DNA of 62,415 nucleotides, counting the filler, from Choristocarpus tenellus KU-1152 (taxonomy: Eukaryota > Protista > Phaeophyceae), in assembly GCA_964200185.2 (NCBI GenBank). It is 12 parts of 12 records of this genome, joined end to end, with 100 filler letters (N's around TTAATTAATTAA, not from the genome) between each part and the next. Parts side by side here need not be neighbours in the genome. Positions count along the whole stretch, not along the records: positions 35,170 to 38,743 come from CAXNAD020019167.1; positions 38,844 to 42,128 come from CAXNAD020021044.1; positions 42,229 to 52,038 come from CAXNAD020003372.1; 9 more parts are not named here. The stretch is one strand, 5' to 3'. This document shows, in pieces, positions 35,595 to 49,174 of the stretch. The notes below the pieces were generated by a model, which worked only from the letters and a program-made list of their open reading frames with translations, did not search any database and was not told the origin of the DNA. The position numbers and the translations under genes are program-made. Every line of letters starts with the position of its first letter. Within the stretch, counting starts at the first letter, position 1.

Positions 35595-37996
35595 GTGTCC
35601 CCCCAAGTGCTGTCTCTCTACAACGTAATTGAGACCAACTTCAGACCAATGTCAATAGTGAAGGATGCAAAGCCTTTCCTTGCAAGTATCAAGGATGGTC
35701 CCAAGGAAATAGCCAGGTTTGATTCAATTCTGATGCTAAACATAGTGGTTGGATTATTGTGTTAATGGTTAAATTATGGTACTATTTGTAGTGATTGAAT
35801 GATACCACGATACTTAGAGTTCAATTTTTTTTTGTTGATAGTGGATGTGATACAAATAACTAGACTTTTTTTTATGAACCTCAAAGTGAAAAAAATCACC
35901 CACTTGTACGTTAGTTTGACTCATTAGTGGTGTGATGGTGGTTAAGTGCAACAGCAGAGGGTAGAATGTTTAGTCCTTTATTATAGTTTCAATGAGAAAA
36001 AGGAGTTGATAACCGTTTTTTTGTGGCATTAGTGAACATATTGTAGTGTAAAGTAATAAATTAGAGTAGGAACACAGAGAGCACATGGCAAAAGCCTTAG
36101 CACTACCGTCTCTACTATGAGGCAAAGGTGTCAGTCAGGTGTTTTGCTGGTCCTGGACCACTAGGAACGCTCTCTGATGTATGTAGAAACCCCTGTAAAT
36201 ATGCTGCATTCACATATGGTAAAGCGCTTTCCACTCTGCACACCTTGCAAGAAAAAATATGAACTGGCTCTAAACCTTCAACCGGTAAGCTGCAAGACAA
36301 TGGCTTTCTGGCATGGTCATTGTTGTGAAATGTGTATCAGAGTATTCTGATATCGATATTTCGATAGCTTGACAGAGCAGTCAAGGGCATTGGGCAAGGC
36401 AAAAGCTCTCTTTTTGGGAATTAAAGGGTCAAAATAGCTTTCCATTGATATCTTCGGTGTGAGGTGTCTGTTTTAACGATTTTGTAGTGTGTGCTATGGC
36501 TTTATGTCACCGTAAGAGGTTTGAAATTGTAAAATACGACAGTAAGAGGTAGCCTAAACCCTTGGTCACGCTAGATTGGGTTGCTGTGTACATTATTGAT
36601 GTACATTGCTTCCTCTGACTGACGAATGGGGGGCTGTCTAGGTTCATACGGTTTCCATGCTGTTGAATATGCTCACAACTATTTGTTTGCAGTGTTGCAG
36701 GGCAGAGCTGACACATGAGGTATCAGAAAGACACATGGGTACCACAAGTGAGTCAATACCTTGCCACCGGTGGAGCCTTTAGTGTGTGAGGTGCACATAA
36801 CCCGGGACAACTATTTTTCAACAACCACATGATAATGGAAATGCGTTGGTAGATGCTGTAAGTGACAAGAAATATCCAAATGCTCGATGCTGCCCTCGAT
36901 GATCGTTTCGGTTACATCTGCTGCTAGTGTATGGCATCATCTAAATCTATATTGTGAGAAATAAATATTATTAATATTTTGCAGTTGAAGATTTAAGGGG
37001 TTTTTTTTCTTTCCTCTTGCACCGTATCCCTCTCTTGTGCATGCATTTCAAATCATTTTTGTTTGTTACACGATTGGACAATGATGCAACAGCTACGTTC
37101 CATCCCTAGAGTGCATTGTGGTGCTCCGACTCCTGGCACAGCTTTCTGCTGTGTATCACACAGTGACGCTGGACAAGCTAGAGGTGAGGAGAGTGTTGAA
37201 TGAATGACTTGGTGAAGCAACTCGTATTTGCACTGACGGAACTGGTGTAGAGACGGGCAGATAGATACGCCTCAACAGGTGATGAAAATTATTATTTTTT
37301 AAAATGTTGCTGAAAGAGAGCCTCTTGCAGGTGGCGATCGATGTGTTTTCAATTTTGTGTGTAATGTGGGTTTTGGTATGTTTGTGTGTACCGATTTCAA
37401 AAAAAATTGTATTTTGAATTGATGTTTTTATTTTTTGTTTGGGATTGCTGGACTACGCTTATGCATCTTCTGTGAAATATACCGTTAGCCCTGATTCGGT
37501 ATTAGCAGGCGTATCTGTTGAAAGTGAGAGGAAAAGTAAGAGTCTTTTTTTTTTTAGAGTACTATTAGCTTTAACCTACGGAGGTATGCTGAAATTATTG
37601 TAGTATGGTTTGGTTGCTGAAAGTGTATCATTCAGAGATACAATAGTCATCAATAGATAGCATAGAGTATTTTTTGTATGTATTATATCCAGTACCGGCA
37701 GCACTAAAAAGCAACTTCAATATAGCAAGAACTTAACATGAATAATAGGTGACTCCTGGCCCTCACCCTGAATGTTGTATTAGATTGTATTTACCCCCTT
37801 CTAGTGATTGATACCAGTGAGAGCAATTTGAAATGAAATGTTGCGTGCCTTTTTACACTCTCCCTCAATGTACCCCCATGTTGGTACTGATTGGTAGGCA
37901 TATTTGTCTGGAGTGAGCCTCTCCTTCCAGGAGGTGGAGAAGCTTGTTGTGCAGGCTGTCAAACAACGACAGCTTAAGGTCACCATGGACCACAAG
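35595..37996 (+). CDS. EIF3A: Eukaryotic translation initiation factor 3 subunit A, PCI-domain exons (35595-35716, 37093-37183, 37898-37996)
   Basis: Spliced: VSPQVLSLYNVIETNFRPMSIVKDAKPFLASIKDGPKEIASYVPSLECIVVLRLLAQLSAVYHTVTLDKLEAYLSGVSLSFQEVEKLVVQAVKQRQLKVTMDHK. This matches the eIF3a pattern LY..LE..F.PL..YVP.L....LRLL.Q.S..Y..+E+.+V.A.....L.V.+DH. GT-AG introns in phase. Confidence 0.9.
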
Positions 37997-40899
37997 GTAG
38001 AGGAGACAGAGAGCCAGTGATTTAGTGTGTACATGGTGTTTTGGAAGGACTAGACCGTGTCTGTTATTTATTTTGTGTTGTGTTGATATGCTATAAATGT
38101 ACGACAGGTTGCAATCAATATGTGGGTTGCGTTTGTTCTGCCCTTCAGGGGTTGGGTGTGTAATTTTTCTGGCAAGCCTTTTGTAGGGTTGAAAATCTAA
38201 GTTGGAGTGTAGTATTATAGAAGCAATAGTAACTGGTCCTTTCAGGTTGGTGATATGCAGGGTTTTTATAGTATTTTTCTGGTGGGGGGGGGTTGTGTTC
38301 TAGTAATACTGTAAGAGTTACTGATGCTTTGCTTGCTGGAGCTTGAAGGTAATCTGCAGGGCATGAGTATATACAGTGATCCAAGTTTAGTATGAGATGA
38401 GCAATAGATGGGTCAGTGTGCCCTGTTGTGAGGTATGTGAGTGATGAGGTAAGCTAAACCTAACATGCCTTACTCTATTTTCTCACAGCAGTACTTGCAC
38501 CACCTGATTTTATTTGCATGTTTTTCATCCTTAATGTAACATGTGCACAGAGGTACACCCTTTTGTGTAAGATGCATGTTTTTTTGGTGTGTTGAACCCC
38601 TATTGGTGTTGTGCATAAGCATAGTTGATTCGATCTGATCATAGTTGATGTTTGGCGGGGGGGGGGGGGGGGGGGGGGTGCGGGGTCGGTGCCTGGGGTG
38701 TGGGGGGGGGGGGGGGGGGGGGAAGCTTTTGGCCGCCCGGGTTNNNNNNNNNNNNNNNNNNNNNNNNNNNNNNNNNNNNNNNNNNNNTTAATTAATTAAN
38801 NNNNNNNNNNNNNNNNNNNNNNNNNNNNNNNNNNNNNNNNNNNGTTGCGCTAGGAGTACACTCGCTCCCTTGGAGATTCCTCCATGGTGGTGACCCAGAG
38901 CTGCAGCGCGTTCCTGGCGGGATTTAGGGTCCTCTCCAGGGGCCTCCCTGCGTCTATTGATCCTCTGGGATCTTTCTAGTAGCCATGTGACTAGCTCTTG
39001 GATGTTCCCTGAAGCTACCCGGGCAAACCTTTCCTACCTCGAGAACATATATTGTGTAAAAAGGTTCGGAGAAATAGAGTGGGTGCCCAGTTCCTCACAT
39101 TAGATATTAGAGTAGAGATTCCCTTTATTGGGATTTTTTACTATTTTGTAGATATCATGTATGTGGAACGATGCGTTTTTCTGCGCACCCTTTGTTTGAC
39201 CTTGAGGCTGATCACAATGACCAGTACAAACCGACAACACACAAACGCACAATTGTGCAACACTATTGGAGAGGTATCTTTCACATTTACGTCGTCAACT
39301 GTTACGTTCACAGTTGTCCTTGTGATATTGGTCTTGGCTTTTTTCTTGACACTTCGGGAAAATGTGAGAGGGCATAATAATAAAACAGAATGTAAAATTG
39401 TTGAGTTGGGTAATGCACTACTTGCTGGGGTTGGGGTTCATGTCACATAGTCTCTGGGAGTGCAATAATAATGTACTCTCGACTCGTACTCTTTTGTTTA
39501 TCTCTTTGTGCCTTTGTACGACCACAACCAGAAAACAACCTATCAGTTAGCAAGTTTCATTGCCTACACACGTACATACTGTACACATGCCACATAATAG
39601 TCGGTACCATGTGCGTAGTAGTAACCAAAGTGGTTCACAATCCCTTGGGCTGGCAACGGGTATCTCTATCTTTCAGGTTGGACCAGTAAGACATATTTTC
39701 GTTATTGGCATATTTTTTTTATATGTTCTGGAGGTTCATAGTGTTGTGTGTGTTGAGTGCGGAACTCACTCTGAAGGAGTAAGCTCTCTATAAAAAAGGC
39801 GGTTGCTGCTTCGAGTGTCCTTTCACTCACTCTATGCATTTTGTACTGCTTCTTCAGGCTCATATTTTCTCGTGGTCATCTTTGCTACAGTGACTCCAGA
39901 AAATAAGTGGACACTGACAAGGTATGTATTGATCTAGGATGATGATGTAGATGTCTCAACACTCCCTTTGTTGTCAAGACTTTAGTGGATGGGAAGGTGA
40001 AGGATGCCAAGACCTGCAGCTCCTGCACACAACACACGCCAGACCCAAACAAAAAGTCTCTCCTCTGGTAGAAACATACTTCAAACCTTTCCAATAATGT
40101 CGTTGACAAACATCATGGGGCATGTACAGCATGTAACGTTTGCCCACATAAAAGGACAAAAGTTTCAATTTGCTATAAAAATCACATCTTCCATCACTCA
40201 AAAACTTGTCATGAACTTCAACAAGTACTCAGAGGAAAATATTACAACACAAACAGCAGCTATAAGTGGAATTCCACCAGCATAAATTCCCACATCCCCA
40301 CAGATGATATCCACTTTGACCAGAGTGGCGCAACCTAACTCTGGGAGTGGTCTCAGGAGAGGTTAGCACAACCCCCACCAGTTCTGACACTGGCATGTCC
40401 ACCACCACCGAGGACTGAAGATATGTAGCCTTCCTTCCTTCCTTGAAAGGATAGACTGGACAGCTCCTCTTGGCCCTTCTTCGACTCAGATCTACCTGTC
40501 TGCTTGACTGATAAACCCTCTAGACAAGGCTTGCTTTTCATATAGATTGTTAGGCATGCAAAGTTTGAGGTTGTGGGCTGTCATGGCTGTGAAGGATCAC
40601 AAGTGCAAAGCCGACCAAGTTGTATTTGACAGGGTTCAAATCGTGGAACTGTGAAAGCAGGTGTTTATTGGGATGCCTGGGACAAAGGCCCCCTGTCATT
40701 CGAGCGGCTGGCTCATCCCGTTGTCGTTCGTCAGTTCCAATTCTTCAGTCAAGAAGTCTGTCCGGGATTCAGAGTCAAACTCCCCAATGAAGAATAGTGT
40801 GGTGGCGCAGTGTCTGGGGGCGAGAGGGCGCAAGACTCAGATGCCTTGAGGGAGGTTGGCAGCCATCATGGAGGAGTTCAGAAATTCCTGAATCACATT

Positions 40900-41858
40900 G
40901 TTCCATCATCTGAAGGAGTGTGACAATCAGATCGCATGGGGTGAATGCATGGACCTTGTACGACATCACAAAGGGTGATATGGCTACCGTACAAGTATCC
41001 TCAATGTTTGGGATGTCCCATCGGTACACTGCATATCCTTCCGCAAATGGGCTGCAAAGGCTGGGGTCTCCCTTGCCTCATTGTGGGATCTGTACAAGCG
41101 CGAGAAGGTGAAGAAGGTCAAGTGAAGAAGGTCAAGTGGTGATTTAAGCCAGTCCTCTCAGACCAGCAGAAAGTCAATATGGTGGGTTTCGTCATCAGTC
41201 ACACGCACAGGAGGAAGGGAAGTAAGGTACTAGTGGACGATCTGTATGACTGGGTGCATGTGGACGAGAGTGATTTTACATCCTCCAACATGGGCAAAGT
41301 GTGTACCTGCACTCCACTGAGCCCCCCCGACCCTCCACGGGGACAAACTAAGCGTTACATTACGAAAATGATGTTCCTGGCAGCCATGGCCCGCCCTAGG
41401 AAAGCTCTCCAACAGGGTGTGGTTCAATGGGAAATTCACGATCTAGCTAATTGTGGATAATAAGGTCGCTCAGCACTCCAGCAAATACCGCCCCAAGGGC
41501 ACCAAGTTGCTTGTGCCAGCCACGGTGGACTGGGAGAGGCATAAGAAGGTCATGATCAAGGAGGACATCTCGGCAATCAAGGCCCACATGTCTAAACCGG
41601 AAGAATATACCATCTTCGTGCAACAGGAAGGGGCAAAGCCACACACCAAGGGGAGGATCATAGAGGTAATTAAGGAGGCGGCAGGGAACGACACTGTCAT
41701 AGAGACGAGAACCAGTCAGCCAACTCACCTAACCCCAACGCCAACGACCTGGGATTGTTTTATTCCATCAGGCAACTAACAGCCTCTCAGCAAAATTGAG
41801 GATGGAGCATACCATGGAGGATGAGTTTGACCCAAAATGGTGCGCGGGACGGACACCA
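40900..41858 (+). mobile_element. Degenerate mariner (plant/oomycete DD39D-like) transposase
   Basis: KPVLSDQQK..GF, VHVDE, KRYITKMMFLAAMARPR, SSKYRPKGT, IFVQQEGAKPH and frameshifted QP.NSPNPNANDLGLFYSI. Candidate right end ..GGGACGGACACCA followed by (TA)n. Confidence 0.85.
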
Positions 41859-42600
41859 TATATATATATATATTTGTAAATGTTGCGGCAACTTTTAAGG
41901 GTCCCTTTTTGAATGGGAATCCATGCCGAAGGTGGTAGTAGGACATACTTAATTGATCTTGTACGTTTCCAATGTTCCGAAACCAAAAGGTAAAAAGAAC
42001 CCTGGCACCCTCCAATTTTTTAAGTACAAAATCTTAAATTGTTGGACATTTGTATTCTTAAAAATACTAGAGACGACAAAAAGCGGTTTTTGAGTTTCGG
42101 TGATTTCTCTTTCTGTTGACAACTGTGTNNNNNNNNNNNNNNNNNNNNNNNNNNNNNNNNNNNNNNNNNNNNTTAATTAATTAANNNNNNNNNNNNNNNN
42201 NNNNNNNNNNNNNNNNNNNNNNNNNNNNCATGCAGGGAAAGAAAAAAAAAAAAAAAAAAATGGGGGGTGTTGTGGTTTGGTGGGGGGGGGGGGGGGGGGG
42301 GGGGGGGGGAGTTCATTAGTAATTGGTACAGGTAGGTACCTGGGTATTGTCATACTCTACTTTGGTTTTACTGATATTTCCTGACCAGTTTTACGGAGCA
42401 TGTTGCTTTATACGTGTAATACAATTTTTTTCTTATGGATATAATAATAAAACAAGCTTTGTTTGATTACTATTCATCATGTGTATACATTATTTTCAGA
42501 AGGTGGGAAGGTGTCTCCATTCCAAGGATCAAGAGTTTTGAGGTCCACTCTGATATCTGATTCTTGAATACCATCATAGCCTTGTCTTGCTCAAACATAC

Positions 42601-43888
42601 CATCTCGTACAACTCCCCCTCTGTGTCGGCTTACCCTTGCCCTCTCTCCCCCCCCCTTCTGATACAGCTGAAGCCTTACGTGGCACAGTCAGTATGGTAC
42701 AGAAAGGTAGGAGGACCGGCGGTGGCAGGGGGACCTGTTCAGTAGATGTGGGGGTATGGGTGGGTGGGGAGATAGAGTAGTGCCTACCCCACAGGCAATG
42801 AGAGCTGGTGTGGGCTGGAGGATCTGATTCGAGTGTAGATAGAAAGATGAAGATCGGGAATTGTGTGAACTTACCTTTGTGCTGAATGGGAGTGCAGTTG
42901 TGTGTTTTTTCTGTTGAGATCAAGATGCGAATAGCGTTGATCGAGTCGGGGGATTTTTCTTTTCTGTGTACGTTATTTCTACATTTATGTTCGTATAATT
43001 TTTTTTTTCTTTAGTTGATTGGAATGTGGCAGTTATACTTTTTTTTTTGTTGAGATCCCAGTGCGCCTGTGAGGGTGGGGGTGATAGGTTTGGCGCGGTC
43101 GTACGAAACATGAGAGCATACTGTCCATCCTGAAGATGAACCACACCCCAGACAAAAAGGTCAATTTATTTATTTGTTTGCCACTTGGAAAAAATTATGT
43201 TTTTCGAAAAAAGAAAAAGAGGTAAAACACTATTTTTTTCAAGTACTTGATATTTGTTACTCGTCTTTCTGGCAAATAGCTGTTCGAAAACGTAGTAGTA
43301 TATAATACTATTTTCCGCCTGTTTTTGGCTGCCTGTGCACATTTCATGATCGAGGTATCAATAACAACGGATGCATATTTGGTTGTGGGGTCTGTGTGCA
43401 AGGTTTTGACCTTAGAGAAGTAACCTGCAAGGGATTGGAAATTGTTAACCTAGGCATCACAAAGCCAAGGTTGCTGTAAGGGGGAAAAGAGAAAAAACAC
43501 AAAGGAAAGGTAACACAGCGGATCCAAGAACAACAACGATTGGCTCTCTTTATTTTATATTTTACTGTGAAGTTGTAAGCGGTACAGATCTATCTCGGTT
43601 GGTGTTTTGTTGTACGAGTTCTCTTGTACTACTAGTACCCTATGTGTGTGTACCCTCCAGTACCCTCCACTCTTCTAGTGACACATGAAGAATTTCGCGA
43701 CCATCCAATAATTAAGTAAGTTTACTACTGCTCCTAAGGATATGTACATATATTCCATTGGAGACAAAATAAATACATGGTCGTTCTTTGCAGTCAACCC
43801 CTCAACCATGTACTGTTCAGCCCTTCCCTGAGCAGAACGCTTGAGCAATAGACCGTCTCAGATATTACAGGAGGTCGTGTTGCTTCTT
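42601..43888 (-). CDS. Candidate internal exons of an unknown gene (43888-43814, 43424-43333, 43129-43067, 42910-42875, 42734-about 42601)
   Basis: Segments chain in phase (..TVYCSSVLLREGLNSYFSKVKTLHTDPTTKYASVVIDTSIMKCAQDGQYALMFRTTAPNL..), but the model needs two GC donors. No homology recognised. Confidence 0.35.
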
Positions 43889-45759
43889 CTGGTGATGGAG
43901 AAGGAGAACAGAAAAAGAAGTGCGAAGATGAGACAAAATTTCTTGCCTAGGAGGCTCCTATGCCTGCTGTCTGTCGAGGTTATGGACATGTGTTGCTCTA
44001 TGAATTTCTCGGGGGGGGGTTGTTGTTTCCTACTGTTTTCGTGTTTCGACTTGTCTCTTTTTGCTAATGAATGGAGGGAGGCAGGGGGGGGGCAACATTG
44101 GACCTTCGATTCTTGCTGGTGCATAGTGTCAATAGTGGGTCCGATTTCTTGGTACACCTACCTTCTACGCTCTCTCTTCTTGTTGTATCTGAGCTTATTT
44201 TTTGCCGTACCTCCTTCCGTGTTGTCAAGTTATCTTTTTCGTTTTGTTGGTGTTTTTCTTCTTTGCTAAACTTCTGCTCCATTTGTTTGCAGTATATGCA
44301 TATACTTTTTTCTGTGTTCATTTTTGTGGTTGTGGAGACGTCGTATGTTGTTTCTCACGATCAGGGCTGCAGCACATATTCTTCGGATGAACAAAGTATC
44401 CATCGTGTGTTGAATGTCGGATTTCTGGGCTATCATTTCCCGCCAATTACTGAAATCAACATGCACAGTCTGTAATGAAACGCGGAAGATCTTCCGGTTC
44501 AGATACCCTTACATCAACACATTCGAGGATGAAGGCCATCCAAGATCTTCGGCAATGTAACACACCTTCGTCGAGTCGGATCTTCCAACCCCAACTTCAC
44601 CCTGATTTCCCAAACATCCAACCCTATAATAAACCCAATCAATCTAGAGTACTTCAAAATGGAGAAGTACATTAGTTGTAAAACTCGACATCATATCTTA
44701 TTCAAGACCATCATCACACCAATCCTGGAACTTGAATCTTTAACCTATCAACCCTACTTCCAATTTTTTTTTTATCAGATTATTATTCCCCTTTCAGAGA
44801 TGACGTACCCAATTCAGTGTGGGATGTGGGCCAACCATCTCAACTTCAAAAAATTACAAAACATTTTCATTGTATGCAGCACAACATTTTGAAGCATTAT
44901 CCATTATGCACCTACCTAATAATCAATGTCCTAAATCTAACAATCACAGAGGTGTAATGTCGCGAGAAAAATGCTCAAATAAATGTAAGAGAATTAACAA
45001 ACAAAAAGAAGAAATGGAAGCAATGTATCTGGAAAAAGGAGGAAGGCCCAGGAGTCAAGTCCAAAAAATTACACAACACGTAGGTATCACCTCAAGGATC
45101 CAAGGACCACAATTTGTCAAAAGGTAGGTGAGTATCACTTCCAGACAGTGTCTCACTGCTAAACGAGTATTAATAATGTTCTCTGATTCGATTTCATGGG
45201 TGTGACACCCTACAACAATGCCAGAGTTGTTTTAGAGGAGATACAGCTTCGATGGTGTTAAGTCCGCAAAGCAAGCTACTACGGATTGTACAGTAATGTG
45301 GAATATCCTATCTACGGCTATGGTACAGAGACATGGGGGAAATCCAAAACGACATTTGCTAGGTTTCATCATTGCTGAGCAAAGGCAGGACGGTTTTAGC
45401 ACAAGATCCTAACAATTAGGTGAAGCATCGAGTGGCAGGATGGCTGAACCCAACACACGGGAGGCAAGGACATGAACGACATGGTGTAACGAATTGTATT
45501 CTAACAAGTATTTAAGTAAGTAGTAGTATTCCAGAAGTAGTGCAGTATGTAGTGTCTGTGATCACAGGTCAAGATTGTCCCCAGAGAAATAAAGTGAAGA
45601 ACAGTATCGGCAACATCGACAAACAGCAGCAACATAAATAACGGTAATAGTATTGGTAATAGTAATTATATCAAACCAGCAATAGTACTCGTAAAAACAG
45701 TTACACATCGTAAGTTGTATCAAGTCCTGTACGCCCACCAGCAGCATACACACCAGTAA

Positions 45760-46000
45760 CAAATGCCGATATCACCAACAAGGAGGAAGCTATCGTGGGC
45801 AAGTTCAACCCAAAGAATGGGAGGCAACAGTGTCACGTGTGGTGGTGTATGTGTGTTTGTTGACTGACTTTGGACAGTACTACTTCCACGTGGTAACCTA
45901 GGGCTGCTTCGAACTCTATGATAGTATGATATGTCATGCAAGTTCACGGAGTGTTTGGTTCCACCATGGATTTCAATCTTCTACAAGTAAACCTCAATAT
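45760..46000 (-). mobile_element. Possible IS630/Tc1-like transposase relic
   Basis: LHDISYYHR and HVTLLPPILWVEL resemble MDNASYHS and H.VLRLPPYH.EL. Weak. Confidence 0.25.
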
Positions 46001-46473
46001 TTAGGTGATGGGATCTTCAGTCGTCCATCCTGTCATCTTGGAGGAACCGCCACAAGATTTTCTCTGATCTTCTATATTCCCTTCGGTTTCTCAACTGCAA
46101 TTTCCAAACATCAAGTTCTCGGGTGAGTGAGCATCGTCCATGCGCACCACAAAATACACTAGCACAGTAGCATCTATGTGTGTATGGTTGCCTCTGTGAT
46201 GCTCTTGCAACCAATTCTCACTACCCTAGAGAATGGTACGTTTCCGTTTATGGAAACTGATGTATCGCTGGAGGAAGCTGCAGTGTGTAGTTTTTCCTGA
46301 GTGTCCATGTCATACAGCCATTCACCAAACCTCAATCACTTCGGTTTTGAGCATATATTTCACAAAGTGAGGTACGAGGACCCAAAGGAACGAAATATAG
46401 GCGAAATATAGGCGAAATATCATCGAACCAACGATATTGAGATTAAATTGGAGATATCCATCGATTGAAATTA

Positions 46474-46730
46474 GAGTCAAAGTATTTTAGAGGGTAGGGC
46501 CGCGTCCATTTGTTGGCCAAAATCCAATGTTGCGATTTCGATGTAATTTTGACTACCTTGTTTGTTAGGTATTAGTATCCTTCTTCCGGACACACCTTGT
46601 CATAACGTATACATTTTACCTACTCTTGAACATTTGAGAGTGGGAAAATGTCATAAAAAATCCCACGGGAAGCCAAGCCCCAAATGGACAAACGTTGGAA
46701 AACCTTGTACCCTCTAAGATACTTCAACTC
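46474..46730 (-). mobile_element. MITE family B
   Basis: GAGTCAAAGTATTTTAGAGGGTA...TACCCTCTAAGATACTTCAACTC; flanks atta/atta. Confidence 0.9.
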
Positions 46731-47117
46731 ATTAGAGGTGTCAGCAACCATTACTAGCGACTGATTTTTTCCTCTGCTTGGGTGCCATTACCCACAATTA
46801 AAGGGTGGATAGTATGATATTAAGACGGCAAAGAAATACATCAAAAATGATTCAATGATTGGTTCGGCGAGGTCAAGATCCTCACTGCAATGTTGACAAT
46901 AGAGTCCCAGGATAATTATCGGAGGAAGATATCTGTGGCTTTGGTGAAGAGATCACTTCTGAGTACGTGGTGATCACTACGCTACCGAGTACTCAGGATT
47001 TTCACCATTCATCAACAGAGAAATATCCCTTGTGGAATGGGCTGAGGCGAAGTATGTCATGCAGGATGAGTTACTAAGAGGTGATGTTTGCAAGATCTTC
47101 TTGGTCAGCATTGAACT

Positions 47118-47377
47118 GAGTCAAAGTAAACGAGAGGTGTCAGAGTTGCATCATAAGGAAGTTGACAAATATGTAAAAAATCCGTCTATTCCTGGAAATG
47201 TGTTTAAGGTGTTTTCTGAATTGTGTCGAAATATTTCAAAGCAATAGAGAAATCAACGTTCTTAAGTCAAACATAGCACTTCATACACAGAAGCATGGGT
47301 GAATGCTGAAAGATTAAAAATACCGGCTTAAAATTGAAAAAGATCGAAACTTGGGTGCATCTCGTTTACTCTGACTC
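47118..47377 (+). mobile_element. MITE family C (260 bp), TSD ACT
   Basis: act|GAGTCAAAGTAAACGAGAGG...CATCTCGTTTACTCTGACTC|act. Confidence 0.88.
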
Positions 47378-49174
47378 ACTGCACCCTGCCCAAGGCCTGA
47401 GTTTGAGTATAGGGTAGAGTGAGTGCAGGAGGAGAACTTACAAGAACTCGATGGTGCAGCGGAGAAGTACAAGATACAAGAGAAAAATGAATACAAGTGC
47501 AAAGAAGCTCTTCATAGATAGTAGGGTCAGAACAATAAGAGATTGATCCAAACACAACTACAGCTGCAAGAGGATATACGACAGGGTAGTGGGTCTAGGG
47601 GTATTTCTGCTGGGGATGGGGTGGGGATGATCGACTTGCATAGGATATTACACTGTAGTAGTAGTAGTAGTATTGGTAGCAGTAACAACAGTAGTGATAG
47701 TAGCAGCAGCAGCACTATTGTTGTAACTGTATCTTATAATTGTTGAATGGTAATGAGGATTTTGTCTCCCCACCGTGGTGGACCACATCCAATTTCAGTA
47801 TTAATATACCCCTTACATTGAAATATCTGTTTATTATTATCTGTTTATTATTATCTGTTGTACATTATTAATGGTGGTGTGTGTTGCATGGGGATAGTGT
47901 CACCACACCAATATTGAAGACAACATGCAATTTTGAATTGTTGTCTGATGTGAACACAAAAGGGAAAAGTTTTATATCAGCCCACTTCTTTCTTGCAGGA
48001 AATGATAACCAAGCGCAACAATTCGAAGCGCCCTCCTTTATGGGGGGGTTTCAGATCACTGGGGGAGGGTTCGTGGTCGCTGCGCATTTCGTGCGAAACT
48101 CGCCGATCTATCCTCGACGTGCGGAGTTTGGTGGATTGCTTTGCCCACTCATCATCCCAAACAATCGGGAATAACGTCTGTCATCGCCCATCCCCAACAT
48201 GCGGACAATTTTCCTCTCAGGACACTATTCCTCCCATCTAATAGTCGATAGAGATATGATGCGACTGTAGACCTCTACTAGCTACTATTATTGTAGAACG
48301 CTAGGACTCAATGTATGAAATAATTTTGATCCGAAGTATGGATATATGATTAATGATGCATATTGACGTATTGTTGGGATTTTCATGTAATAGGTGGAAG
48401 ATTAAGATACATATAGTCCAGTCAAAGTGACAATAGGGCAATAATAGAGATTGGAGAAGAAGAGGAAACACAATAATGTGTGTATGTGTGTGTGTGTATT
48501 ATGCAAAGGATACAACAAATCCAACATCGACGAAGAAGAGACTACCATCCTTCTTCAAGACGTGTATCAGAAACGCAAACCAAAAAAGAAGAGAGAGAGG
48601 CGGTGGTAGTGTATATAAAAAAATGAAACAATGATAACATCGAAAATCAACTCCCAAAGTGACTATGAAGGTGGGCGAAAATTAGGAGATGGCAACACTT
48701 ACTTGCCGATCGAGATGTGAAACAGAATAGTTTGTTTTTAGTTGAGGAGTTACGTAGTAGTAATAACTGACTCATGACGAAGGAATCTATGGTTGATCCA
48801 GTTTTACAAGTTTTTTTTCTCCTCAAACCCTTCCACTACTCTCCCTCCTATTATATAAATATGTATAAAGTAAATGTTAAGTATACTCCTCTTTTGTAAC
48901 CATATCTGACACACAAACGTACTCTGACACTACACATACACTTCAGTTATATTATCTAGTACAGTACACACAGTCAGAAGTTATTTTGTGTTGTGAATGG
49001 CTGACTACAGCAACAACTGAGTCAATATCTTTGGATCTTTAAACCAGTGACTGCTGACCTGCGTCAATCATCAAAATATTGAACCTAACCATCACCCCCA
49101 CCTTAAGCTCACTCTCCAACATTCTGTCCAGAACGGTACTAAATCATCACCTTATACCACGCTATATTCCGAAG

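Noticed and set aside
39885-40850. Possible Fanzor/TnpB cargo beside the mariner relic
   Set aside because: No RuvC or zinc-finger motifs found in the frames examined.
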